A stretch of DNA of 64,000 nt, from positions 14,942,001-15,006,000 of the forward strand of contig OY740818.1 in the NCBI GenBank assembly GCA_963514005.1. The letters run 5' to 3'. A program made the translations under genes and the position numbers. This stretch comes from Raja brachyura (taxonomy: Eukaryota). The notes under the pieces were generated by a model, which did no database searches, was not told the origin of the DNA, and saw only the letters and a list, made by a program, of their open reading frames with translations. Shown piece by piece: positions 50,291-61,344 of the stretch; position 1 is the first letter of the stretch; each line of letters starts with the position of its first letter.

Positions 50291-51450
50291 CACCACTGAC
50301 AGTATGAGACCACACCATGCACACCACTCATGAACAGTGTGGCAGTGGACAGGATACAACAGTGGACGTGTGACTGAACTGCCAGACAGTGTAATGTGTG
50401 ACAGTAGACAGGGTGAGAGGGTACACTGCCTGTTGGTATATAATGTGAGAGTGTACAAGTTGTGAGAGTGCACTTGCTGATGGTGTATAATGTGAGAATT
50501 TGCAGTGGTGACGGTAGACAGAGTTCCACCTAACAAGGGGACTGCCAGGCAGTGCTCGGCAAGGGAGTGTGTCAAATACATTGCATGTCAGTACAGTGTG
50601 ACAGAACACAATCTGATGATGCAAACCCTGTATGAGGAGAGTATTAGTGTGACAGGGCATTGTATGAAGCCTTGTGTGTCTAGAACAGGAGATATTATTC
50701 TGCTCAACGTATGCCAGGGCAACATGTGACAGTGCAAAGTATGAAGGTGATGCACTGTTTATTTTGACCAAACAGCGAGTGACAATAAACATCGATTTGA
50801 AAATAAAAGTGTGTTTACATATATACAATATGTCTATCAGAATATATAGTGTATATAAATCAAATTAAAATTAAAACACAACCAATCTAGTGACGGTGCA
50901 GCTTTCAATAATAACAATAATAATTTCAATAATAAATGTTAGTATCATATGTGACAATGCACCTTGTGAAAGAAAGAGCATAACTTGTGACAGAGTGCCG
51001 TGTAACAATAATGTGAAAGTGCCGCAGTGAAGCATGTGAGAGAACAAGAGTGCAAGATGTGACTGACAACAGGACAGCCAAAATGCTCTTGACAATTACA
51101 TCGGTACAATGCATTATGTGATTTTGTAACATGACGGTTTGCTGGAACAAAGTACGACAGTGTGATGTGTGACATTGCTAGGCATAGCTGTGGAATAATA
51201 CAATGCACAGCTTACAACACTTACAGGCTGAAAGAGCAATGAGTTTCAGAGCACCATTTGATAACAAAACAGTGCAACATGACAGGGCCACATAGGAACA
51301 AGCACCATTTGAGAGAATAGCATGTGACAATGCATGAAATGCAATAATGCAACTGGTGACAACACAACGTGTGATAATATTCAATGGCAAGACATGCACA
51401 ACAGAATGCATGACAGCACAAAATATGGCAGTGAAATATGTGACAATGGA
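50291..51450 (+). repeat. Degenerate (GTGACA)-motif array
   Basis: About 20 occurrences of (T)GTGAC(A/G) on the same strand with irregular spacing. Confidence 0.6.
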
Positions 51451-52109
51451 ACAAGTGGTCTGCTGCCCGGACCTGTGAATGGCCACCCTACAGAAGGTTA
51501 TATCAACTGCCTGAAGAAGGGTCCAGACCGAAAAATCGTCTGTTCATTTCCCTCCACAGATGCTGCCTGACCTGCTGAGTTCCTCCACAGTCCGTTTTTG
51601 TGCTCAAGATTCCAGTATCTGCATTATCCAGTGTCTCCTTTGACCAACCTGCCCTCCTCAGACACTATGGGAGCTCCTCAGAGATCCTCTCCTTTATGGG
51701 AGCATGGAGCTGAAGTGCGACCAAAAGTTGAAGAGTAGCCTTTTCAAATACATAAACTGGGGCTGAAACTTTTCATTTTCTATGTAAACACAGACACAAA
51801 CTCCTCCAGACTACAAAATTATTTGAGGGGTTGGGTGTCCATAACCAAATTAAAACCCCCTGTAGAGCATTGCTCTGTGCAATTCTCTCCATCCCAAGTC
51901 TGTAAAGGGAGAGGGCACCCATGGAGGGAGACCTTCACTGGGGATCCGCCTTGCTACCAAATTTCAAAACAGTCTGAAGGGGCATGTCCAGATTGCATAT
52001 AAGAGTAACGAATTGGAGAGTATGCAGGAGTAACCTGCACAGGAAATGCTTCCATGTTGTGTGGAAGAGCACAGTAGTCAATTCTAAGGGAAAGCTCATA
52101 TTCATAGAT

Positions 52110-52960
52110 TCATAAAGGAATATGAATATTTGGAAACATTCTCTTCAGCCGATCTCGTCCATGCTGACCAAGATACCCTAATCTTATTTGTCTGTTTTTG
52201 CCAATATGCCTTTAAATCTTTGCTATCCGTGTACCTGTCCAAATATTTTTTAAACATTATAATTATACCTGTCTCTATCACTTCATCTGGCAGCTCATTC
52301 CATAAACCCACAGTCCTCTGTGTGAAAGACATGTCTCTCACATCTTATAGAGTCATAGAGTGATACATGTGGAAACAGGCCTTTCAGCCCAGCTTGCTCA
52401 CACCAGCCAACATATCCTAGCTATACTAATCTCACCTGCCCACAATTGGTCCATATCCCCTCAAACCTGTCCTATCCATGTACCTGGCAAACTGTTTCTT
52501 AAAAGTTGGGATAGTCCCTGCCTCAACTACCTCCTCTGGCAGCTTGTTCCATACACCCACCACCCTGTGTGTGAAAAAGTTCCCCCTCAGATTCCTATTA
52601 AATCTTTTCCCCTTCACCTTAAACCTATATCCTCTGGTCCTCCATTCACCTACTCTGGCCAAGAGACTCTGTGCATCAACCCGATCTATTCCTCTCATGG
52701 TTTTATACACCTCTATAAGATCACCTTTCATCCTCCTGCGATCCAAGGAATAGAGTCCCAGCCTGCTCAACCTCTCCCTATAACTTAGACCCCCAGTCCT
52801 GGCAACATCCTTGTCAATCTTCTCTGTACCCTTTCCATCTTCTTTAAATCCTTCCCCTCTCACCTAAACCTATGCCATCTAGTTTCCATCTGCCTACCCT
52901 GGGAAAAAAAAACAATCTACTGTGACTATCTATGCTCTTCAGAATTTTATAAATCTCTAT
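52110..52960 (-). mobile_element. Nested CR1 3' fragments (younger copy 52346-52841 inside an older copy)
   Basis: ORF 52432-52863 reads GLSYRERLSRLGLYSLDRRRMKGDLIEVYK...FFTHRVVGVWNKLPEEVVEAG. The host is ORF 52102-52341 (FTQRTVGLWNELPDEVIE), which resumes after 52841. Confidence 0.9.
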
Positions 52961-53479
52961 ACCACACATAACCTTCTCCAAAGCTGTACTAAAGTCCAGT
53001 TAGACGTTGCCAGCTGCCTTGCCCTCATGAATCCTCTGTTACCTCCTCAAAAAACGCAATCAATTTTGTGAGATATGGTTTGCTCACAAAGAAAGCCATG
53101 TTGACTATCACTAATCAGTTCTTGCCTTTGCAAATGCAGATAAATCTTGTCTCTCAGAATCCCTTGCAATAACTTACCCACCACTGATGTTCACCTAAGG
53201 TAGTCTGAAGAAGAGTCTCGACCCGAAACATCACCCATTCCTTCTTTTCAGAGATGCTGCCTGACCCGCTAAGTTGCTCCAGCAGTTTGTCTCGACCTTC
53301 TTGGTTCTTGGTTACTTGGTCCTCCAAAATATTCCAATTGGAATTTAAACTGGAGGTAGTGAAGGGAGGGGTTAAGCCAGAGAGGGTTATTGGGAAGAAA
53401 GTGCCACTTTAAATTTAGTTGCATCTGGCTAGGCAACCGTGGCTTGAAACCACCATACAGCCATACAGTAAAAAATAAA

Positions 53480-53870
53480 GAACACAACATGGAGTAGAAA
53501 TTCAACATAAAACATAAAACATCCCCTCACAGCAAGATCAAAGTTTCCCGCTGTGAGGGAAGGCAGCAAAGTCAGTCTCTTCCCCTGATGTTCCCACTGT
53601 TCACCCGTGGTCGGGGCCTCCCCGAGCCCTCCGCAGTCGCCGCCACGGGTGGCCCGATGTTCAGGCCCGCTCGGCGGGCTGATGCAAGTCCGACGTCGGG
53701 GCTGGGGGACGTCCTCAGCGGCCTGGACCTAAAGTCGGCCACCTCCTACCGGAGTCCACGGCTCCCAAAGTCCGCAGGCCGCGCAGGGTGGAGACACAAC
53801 GCTGGAGGCTCTCAGCAAAGGGCGCCAGGACTCCATGAAGTTCAGCACCGCCCGCGTTGGAAGCAACATT
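53480..53870 (-). mobile_element. GC-rich non-autonomous retro-element, copy C (partial)
   Basis: Shares CCGCAGTCGCC...GGCCCGATGTTC.AGGCC...CTCAGCGGC with copy B, and carries the hairpin at 53523-53560. Confidence 0.6.
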
Positions 53871-54994
53871 AGATTGAGAGATAGTGCTATAGTGCAACAT
53901 GTGAACGCACAGCATGTAACAAGAGCCTGCTCAACCTGAGACCGTATTAGAGTACTATGTGATGATATTTTGATTCATTGCAGGGCAACATAATTATCTG
54001 ACTCCAATCAGTACCACTTAAGCCACGACGGTTGGCAGCAAACAGACGCTAGAGAGCAAGTGGACTCGAGAAGGTCACAGCCCGGAACAGGTGCATGAAG
54101 CTAGATTCCAGAGCAGGAGAGGGGTTGCTGGATAAGAATAATAACATTCTTTATTCCAGAAATACTGTATACTATTTGCATTTGGCTCCAATTTTGCTAT
54201 TTTTGCCCATGAGATACTCATTTTCATTTATTATTGTCCTGTGTACCAAGTTGCAGTGAAAAGCATTTGTTTGTCTGCTATCCGATCAAACCACACTGTA
54301 TATGAATATAATCAAGCAGAAAAGGTGGAGCAAAGAGAAAAATGCCAGAGGAAGATACAGTTGTGTGTTGCTCTGGTAAATAATGATCAGCCATGATCAC
54401 ATTGAATGGCGGTGCTGGCTCGAAGGGCCAAATGGTCTACTCCTGCACCTATTGGCTATTGTCTATAATACCTGGATTACAGGCCAAGTTGGAGAAGATG
54501 CGTAGATTTAAACATGAAGAAGGCAACAAACAATCTCCGCAGCTCCCCTTCATGAAGAGCGACACAAGGACCACAAGTATGATGCAGGCCCACCATGCCT
54601 ATGCAGGCTCTCAACAAGAGCATCGCTCTTTCCTTCTCTCTCATAGCTCTGGAAACTATGACTTATTAAAATTGCCTTTGGAATTTTCCACTGAATTTCC
54701 TTTCATATTTGCGTGACCTGGATCATTAATAATGGATAAACTCGTTCTCCTCGTCTCCCCTTTGGTTCTCGTACTATTCACCTAAAATCTGTGTTAGCTC
54801 CTAAGCTTCCAGTGCAGGCAATATTTCATTCCCTTTCATTTCATCATGCCTTTCCAATGTGACTCTTTTATAATACTTGAAAACCAAAATAAAGCATCAA
54901 TTGGAGCCATGTTACAACTCACAATGATATTGTTATTTCAGTATGAGTGCTTGTTGGAGAACATATGGAGCATGGAATAAGCACATAATTCTAT

Positions 54995-55510
54995 GATATG
55001 TACTCACCTCATACCACGCAAAGTCACTGCTCTCCCTCTCACCGTCTCCTTTTTTCACAATATTGTCACAGCATCATCGTTTTCAATTTAAAATATGCAA
55101 AGAATTCTCTCCAAATGCCAACTTTTTTTTTCATTTCTACTTCACACTTCCTCGTACTCTCAGTCTGTCACCTTTCCCTCTCATCTTCCTCCTCCTTCTT
55201 CCTATCCACCCACTTTTTCCTCATCCACTTTCCGAACCTCTTTTGTTATTCTCTCGCTCTGTCCTTCTTCCTCCCTCGCTATCCCTGTCACATGCGCCAT
55301 TCCCCAATCCCCAATCCCTCCTCTCACTCTCCTTCCTTTCTCCTGATCTTTACTATTCTCTCTACCTTTCTATCTCTGCCTCCTCCACATTTCTATCCAC
55401 ATTTATCATGCCCTCTCTATCCTTCCTCCCGCTCCTTTCTCTTTTCTATTCCCTCTCCTCTCTCGACAATCCCTTATATTTTCCCTTATTGCTCCCTCTG
55501 TCATTTTCCT
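54995..55510 (+). repeat. Polypyrimidine (CT-rich) low-complexity tract
   Basis: About 500 bp strongly C/T-biased. It explains the spurious F/L/S/P-rich ORFs in all three + frames. Confidence 0.75.
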
Positions 55511-55782
55511 CTGTTACAGAGCGACATAACAAATAAACTAGGGTAAGCCATTTGGCTATGTTATGTGCTATGTTCCTCAGTCCTCTGTACCATATTCCTC
55601 AATCAATCTTTGATTCCTTTAATATCCAAAATCCAACCTTCACTGTTTTGGACAGATATTGAATGACTGAGCTTTTAGGTAGAGAATTACACACTCCAGA
55701 TGAAAGAAAATGTCTTCCCATGTAAGTCCTGAATGCCTAATAAATATAATCGATATATTAAAACATCAACTCTTCGTTCTTG

Positions 55783-56554
55783 TTTAAAAAGGAACTCCAG
55801 ATGCTGGAAAATTCAAAGGTGCTGGAGAAACTCAGCGGGTGAGGCAGCATTTATGGAGCGAAGGAATGGATGACGTTTCGGGTCGAGACCCTTCTTCAGA
55901 CTGATGTGGGAGTGGTAGGGGCGGGAAGAAGAAAGGAAGAGGCAGAGACAGTGGGCTGTGGGAGAGCTGGGAAGGGGAGGGGAAAGAGGAAGAAAGCAAT
56001 AACTACCTGAAATTGGAGAAGTCAATGTTCATATCGCTGGGGTGTAAACTGCCCAAGCGAAATATGAGATCCTGCTCCTCCAATTTACGGTGGGACTCAC
56101 TCTGGCCATGGAGGAGGCCCAGGGCAGAAAGGTCGGATTCAGAATGGGAGAGGGAGTTGAAGTGCTGAGCCACCGGGAGATCAGGTTAGTTATTGCGAAC
56201 TGAGCGGAGGTGTTGGGTAAAGCGATCGCCAAGCCTAAGCTTGGTCTCACTGATGTAGAGCAGCTGACACCTAGAACAGCGGATGCAATATAAGAGGTTG
56301 GAGGAGGTGCAGGTGAACCTCTGCCGCACCTGGAAATACTGCTTAGGTCCTTGGATAGAGTCAAGGGGGGAGGTAAAGCGACAAGTCTAGCATTTCCTGC
56401 GGTTGCAAGGGAAAGTACCAGGGGAGGGGGTGGTTTGGGTGGGAAGGGCCGAATTGGCCAGAGAGTTACGGAGGGAGGGGTCTCTGCTGAAAGCCGAAAG
56501 GGGAGGAGATGGAAGATGTGGCCAGTGGTGGGATCCCGTTGGAGGTGGCAAACA
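55783..56554 (-). mobile_element. 5'-truncated Penelope-like element (GIY-YIG plus tail) with probable TSD
   Basis: Homologous to 22230-22960 (PGTFPCNRRKC; FTCTSSNL.YCIRCSRCQLLYI.ETK..LGDRF..H). Flanks CTTCGTTCTTG (55772-55782) and CTTAGTTCTTG (56555-56565). Inserted in an old CR1. Confidence 0.88.
55868..55903 (-). ncRNA. Minimal hammerhead-ribozyme-like motif in PLE tail
   Basis: - strand CAGU-CUGAAGA-A-GGGU(CUCG)ACCC-GAAAC-GUC-AUCC, with intact cores and a canonical GUC triplet. Confidence 0.6.
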
Positions 56555-57429
56555 CTTAGTTCTTGATGTCCCAGTCTGGGGAAACATTATTCATGCAACC
56601 CCAAATAATTTTGTGTCTTTCAATGCAATTATCTCTTGTGTTTTGAAATATGAGACAATAAAAGATTTTTTTAAAGATATAAATTGCTGGAGTAACTTAG
56701 TGGGTCAAGCAGCATCCGTGGAGAACATGGATAGGTAACGTTTAGGGTCAGGACCCTTCTTCAGACACATTGTGCTTGTGTGCATCACGGATGTGTGTGT
56801 GTGTGTGTATGTGGGGGGGGGGGGGGAGAGGGAGGGGGAGAGAAAGTTAAAAGGGAGAAAGGGCAAGACAAAGCATGACAGGCAATAGGTGAACACAGGC
56901 TAGGGCATTTTTGATAGGCGGATGGTTCGTCAAACGTAAGAGATAAGAAATTGTTGTGAGACGAGAAGACTGAGCAATTGCAATAGTGAATCCAGAGGAA
57001 GGAATCAAGGTGCACTGTCGGTGGAGGGGAAGTGCAGATATTGGTACACGTCCAGGTGGGGCATGGAGTAGGGGGAGCAGTGAAATATGGTCTCACTGAC
57101 CTCCTGCCAGAGAAAGGAGGAGAACCTATTTAAAGTAGGCATATCTTGAGATGATTTATTTATTTATTTCCTTAATCAGTAGTAGATCATTCCTTGGGCA
57201 AAGAAACCAGACGAGTAACGTTATTCCAGGTGAGATCTCACCAGTACCAAATGTAATTTGTAGTAAGACCTCTGGTACTCAACTCATATTACAATGAAGA
57301 CCAATATACCATTTGCCTCATTTCATCTTATTTTACCTTTAATTTTACAATTACTACTGCAATTCACAGGAGGCTATTTTATTAAATTAGGAAATGATAG
57401 TAGTTAAGTTGATCATTTGTAAACCCTTT

Positions 57430-58290
57430 TGCCCTGCACAAATTACCTCCCCTGAAATACACCTGGCCCCACTTAGTCTCTATCCCAACCAAACTACATC
57501 CTGACCCACTTAAGTTACCTCTGCCAGAATTACACCCCATCTCGTTTAAAGCTGGCTGATCTTTATCTGAAATGTACTTACTTTACCTGAATTTATACTT
57601 CACCTGAATAACCCCGCAAATTTACTCACACTCACCCCACCACACTTGAACTACAATGTACTGGCCGGATTTGAATTACATCTCATCCAAATGACATCCT
57701 GCCTTCATTACACCTGCTTCACTTGAATTACATAATATTCAAACTGGTCGGCATCCCATATGAATCATACCAACCCAAACCATATCTATCTTAAACTGTA
57801 CCTCATCTAAAACACACCCAATTGTACTTGAACTACACCTGCCCGAACCATAGCTCAACCCATTTGAAGTACACTTTGTCCAAACTACATCCTGCCCCAT
57901 TTAATAAAACCTGTCCAAAGTATATCCCATTCCATTAAAACAGTGCACTTCCCAATCTACGTCCCAACTCATTTGAACTACACCATGCTCAACTTGAAAT
58001 AGGCCCTGCCCAGGGTCTCGACACAAAATGTCACCTATTACTTTTCTCCAGAGATGTTGCCTGACCCGCTGAGTTACTCAAGCATTTGTGTCTGTCATCT
58101 GTCCAAACTTTATCCTAACTCACTTGAACCATACCTTCCCAAAGAACCATACCTTACCAAAGTTCCCGGCCAGGCTCTGCCCAATTTACAATCTGCTTGA
58201 TTTACACTCATCCAAATTAAATCCCTCATGATTTAACATTTGTTTGATTTATACCTCTCTTGACACCAGGTTTACACTTGCCTAATTTAT
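57430..58290 (+). repeat. Degenerate minisatellite (about 36-bp unit)
   Basis: Recurring ACTTGAACTACACC / CCAAACTACATCCTGCCC motifs, interrupted by a PLE tail at about 58010-58095. Confidence 0.6.
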
Positions 58291-58399
58291 ACTGGGATTG
58301 TAGTTTGTTCTGCTCAGCCTATGTCAAAGTTCAAGCAGGGGAATGGTGTCCCTGGTGTAGACACACAAGAATGGGAAAACTGTTAATTGGTGTGCTTTC

Positions 58400-58662
58400 T
58401 TGGCCATAGTTTCCATGTGACTGGTCCAGGACAAATTATTGAAGACAATCAACCATCTCTACTTCGGCACTATTAATATAGACTGGGATGTGTGTACTGT
58501 TTCGCTTCCTGAAGTCAATCACTATCTCCTTTGTCTTGCTGACATTGAGAGAGAGGTTGGTGTCATGGCACCAAGTTACCAGCTTCTCAATCTCCTTTCT
58601 GTACTCCGTCTCGCCGTTATTCGATATCCAGACCAATATGGTGGTGTACTGGCAAACTTGAT
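58400..58662 (-). mobile_element. Rex1/Babar (L2-related) reverse transcriptase fragment
   Basis: IKFA...ISNNGETEYRKEIEKLVTWCHDTNLSLNVSKTKEIVIDFRK...VYINSAEVEMVD. Confidence 0.8.
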
Positions 58663-59129
58663 GTTAATCAATTGAGAAAAGCAAACGATGTTAATTAAGG
58701 TCAATAACATTTCATCAGAACATGTATTCGTTCCACGGATGCTGACTGACCTGCAGAGTATTTCCATTGTTATTACCGAATACACACGTCTTGGTTGGAG
58801 GGAACAGACATTATCTGGGGCTAGACACCAGATACCAGAGACATCAAAGATTTGAGAAAGATAGAGAAATTTACACCTAGGCATCAATGGACAACCTGTC
58901 TTCCAATAATATGTTGCTGAGGGGCAGAATATAAATGAGAAACAAGAGGTGACCAAGAATGGATTATTGTGAAGATTGTAAACGGGAGACTGAGACAAAC
59001 ATCGTGATAGAACTTCCAACCCAGATAAGATTGTCCCCAGTGTTTCATAGTGTAGAGGCATGACAAAGAAGTTCTTGCTAGGATCCATGCATTCTGAAAG
59101 TCTGGGCTCATGGTCTCCAATGGCCTTTT

Positions 59130-59705
59130 CTTGCATTCCATGATGAGAAAAAGGTTGTCCATGACATTACATGAATGCTGGTTTACAGAATCAATGCAAT
59201 TAGATTGACATGTGGCTGCAGATCTTCAGCAGAGCTGAATTGTTTACACTAACATATGTAGTCAGGTGCCATCCCACTCTACAGGAGTTAGGGAATGGTA
59301 ACTCTGTACGATGATTTAGCTCTTGCCTCAGCTGGGGACATTGTCACTTCCAATACCTCACTCACCACCCTGGGCAGCACCTGTTAACTTAGCACAGGGC
59401 AGCAAGCAAATATGTCAACTTCCTGGCTTCAATACTCAGTAGCATTGTACATGAGTCAGCAGGGGAGCAGCAAGACTTTGTTTTGTTACTTGAATAAAAA
59501 GCAACACACATCTTGGAAATTCTGACCACAGTTTACGGCTTTGAGATTGTATCACAAAAACAGTTCCTCACCATTCTTCACACCTTCACTCCAATTTTGT
59601 TTGTTTGTTTCCACCTTAACATCCAAAGTTTGAAGACTGCTTACATACATGGTTTTATCTGGTGTCTCTGCTATCTGAGACCCTTGGTTCAATACTATAT
59701 ATATC
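59130..59705 (+). promoter_or_regulatory. Candidate MYOZ1 muscle promoter region
   Basis: Repeat-free segment with MCAT-like CATTCC 59134-59139 and GGAATG 59292-59297; E-boxes CAGGTG 59263, CAGCTG 59329 and CACCTG 59378; AP-1 TGAGTCA 59452; TATA-like 59696-59704. Confidence 0.4.
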
Positions 59706-59729
59706 TCAATGATGCACATGCGAGAAAAA

Positions 59730-59890
59730 CATTTGGAATCAAATTCGCTGCACTTTGCATCAGCACTTGGTGCTGTGCAGACACAACTCCAGTCTATCCT
59801 TTCTGCACAATCTCTACGGTTTATCCCATGAAGACCTTGATTTAGCAAACTCGGAGGTGAGCCTGCAATATCCCAGCAGATTTTAAAAAG
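59730..59890 (+). other. MYOZ1: Putative non-coding exon 1 of MYOZ1 (5' end approximate)
   Basis: Perfect donor AAG|GTAAGT at 59890/59891, 423 bp before the acceptor (CCCATCAG| at 60313) of the ATG-containing exon. Confidence 0.55.
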
Positions 59891-60341
59891 GTAAGTCACC
59901 ACAAACATCTTATAATAAGATAATTTTGGATAGTCTTGGCACTGGTTGTATCTCCCTGGATTTGTAAGGAGTAATGGATCTTTGGTTCAGAGTTTTATGT
60001 GGTTGGCCTAATATAAGGATAACTGTTCTCTTTCAATATCTTTGTCATATAAATGTTTGTCTGCAGAAAATAGGAATAAGACTGAACATTTTATTAACTT
60101 TCTTGCATGCATTCCCTGTTGTCTTTTCAGTATGTGCTCAATATATCAAGATCAAAATATTTGTGTTTCTTAAGTCACTAATTTTGGAGTACTTAATGAG
60201 AATCAGACAAAATGTGAATGCTTTTGGCAGTAGTTAGTGCGCACCGTTGGAAATGTTACCCCGGGTGTAAATGTCATTGCCAATGCGTGTGTTTTCTTTT
60301 CTTCACCCATCAGTGGCAAGAAAGGATAGACTCCATCGACC

Positions 60342-60417
60342 ATGCCGTTAGCTGGGACACCCGCGCCCTCCAAGAGGAAAAAGTCGTCGAGAACCATCAT
60401 AAAAACGTTTAAGGATG
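60342..60417 (+). CDS. MYOZ1: Myozenin-1 (calsarcin-2/FATZ-1), first coding exon
   Basis: Kozak ACCATG; MPLAGTPAPSKRKKSSRTIIKTFKD resembles the recalled MYOZ1 N-terminus MPLSGTPAPNKKRKSSK. Donor G|GTAGGT (phase 1). Absent from the ORF track. Confidence 0.9.
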
Positions 60418-60826
60418 GTAGGTCCAGGACATGAGAATCTCTCCATACACATCGAGGATCACAGCCCTCCCTATAAAGATACCAAGCTCTTCCAAAAAAA
60501 GCTGAAGCGGTTACTCGGATTACAGGGTCATTTATCTTGGTGCTTGTATGTATCCGCAGCTGATTTGCAATGCGGTAAACTGTGAAATGGCGTTTCTGCC
60601 TAATGCCGGCATTTCTATCATTAGTTGTGGTTGATATTAAATAGCTGGCCTTTTTTGTTTGTTTGTGAGGAGTTTTGCAGGCTGAGTCTTATTAATAAAC
60701 ACCCAATTTCCCCCTAGATTTAAAAAAAAATCAGTCACTGATTGATTGACACCCCGACAATGAAACATTGAATATTTCTGGAGGTGCTGGAGAAACTCAG
60801 CGGGTGCGGCAGCATCTATGGAAACA

Positions 60827-60859
60827 GGCAACGTTTCGGGCCGAAACCCTTCTTCAGAT
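60827..60859 (-). ncRNA. Minimal hammerhead-ribozyme-like motif in an isolated PLE tail (60783-60859)
   Basis: - strand CUGAAGA-A-GGGU(UUCG)GCCC-GAAAC-GUU-GCC, core identical to 22291-22325. Confidence 0.55.
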
Positions 60860-61174
60860 ATCCTTTTAATCTGGATATCCTTTTAATCCGAGCCTCCTGC
60901 AAACTTTGATTAAAAAAACCCGTGCAGAGCCAGAGATCTCCCCTCTCCTCTCAGGAGCACACGTCAGTCCTTCGAGCTGGCGAATGCAAACAGCTGAAGA
61001 TATGTGTGATTTAAGGAGTGCGATGTCTGTAATATTTGCCGCGCTGGCCTGTAATTCCAGCCTCCAAGTCGAGAGGAATTGGCGAGCGCGCAGTTCAATA
61101 AATACCCAGCGCCAAAGGTGGGTCTCGCTGCCGCCGATAATTCTTTCACTATTTTAAACAATTTTCTGTAACAG

Positions 61175-61344
61175 CCGGGGCCGAGATTAACCTCGGGAAG
61201 AAGATCAGCATCCCTCGGGATGTGATGTTGGAGGAACTGTCCCTGATGAAGAATAAAGGGTCGCAGATGTTTAAAGAGCGGCAGCGCAGGGTCGAGAGGT
61301 TCATCTATGAGTCACATCCCGACGTCTTTCACCCAGATTCGATG
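61175..61344 (+). CDS. MYOZ1: Myozenin-1 second coding exon (gene continues beyond the window)
   Basis: Acceptor TTTTCTGTAACAG|; (A)GAEINLGKKISIPRDVMLEELSLMKNKGSQMFKERQRRVERFIYESHPDVFHPDSM, a calsarcin-family signature. Donor ATG|GTAGGC. Confidence 0.94.

Noticed and set aside
50291-51450. CRISPR-like or Cys/His-rich protein interpretation of the GTGACA array
   Set aside because: The recurring motif is only 5-7 bp with irregular spacing, there are no cas genes and the context is eukaryotic. The Cys/His/Thr-rich ORFs come from TG/CA-rich composition.
60857-60890. Short direct duplication GATATCCTTTTAATC
   Set aside because: A local tandem duplication at the edge of a PLE tail insertion, with no further structure.
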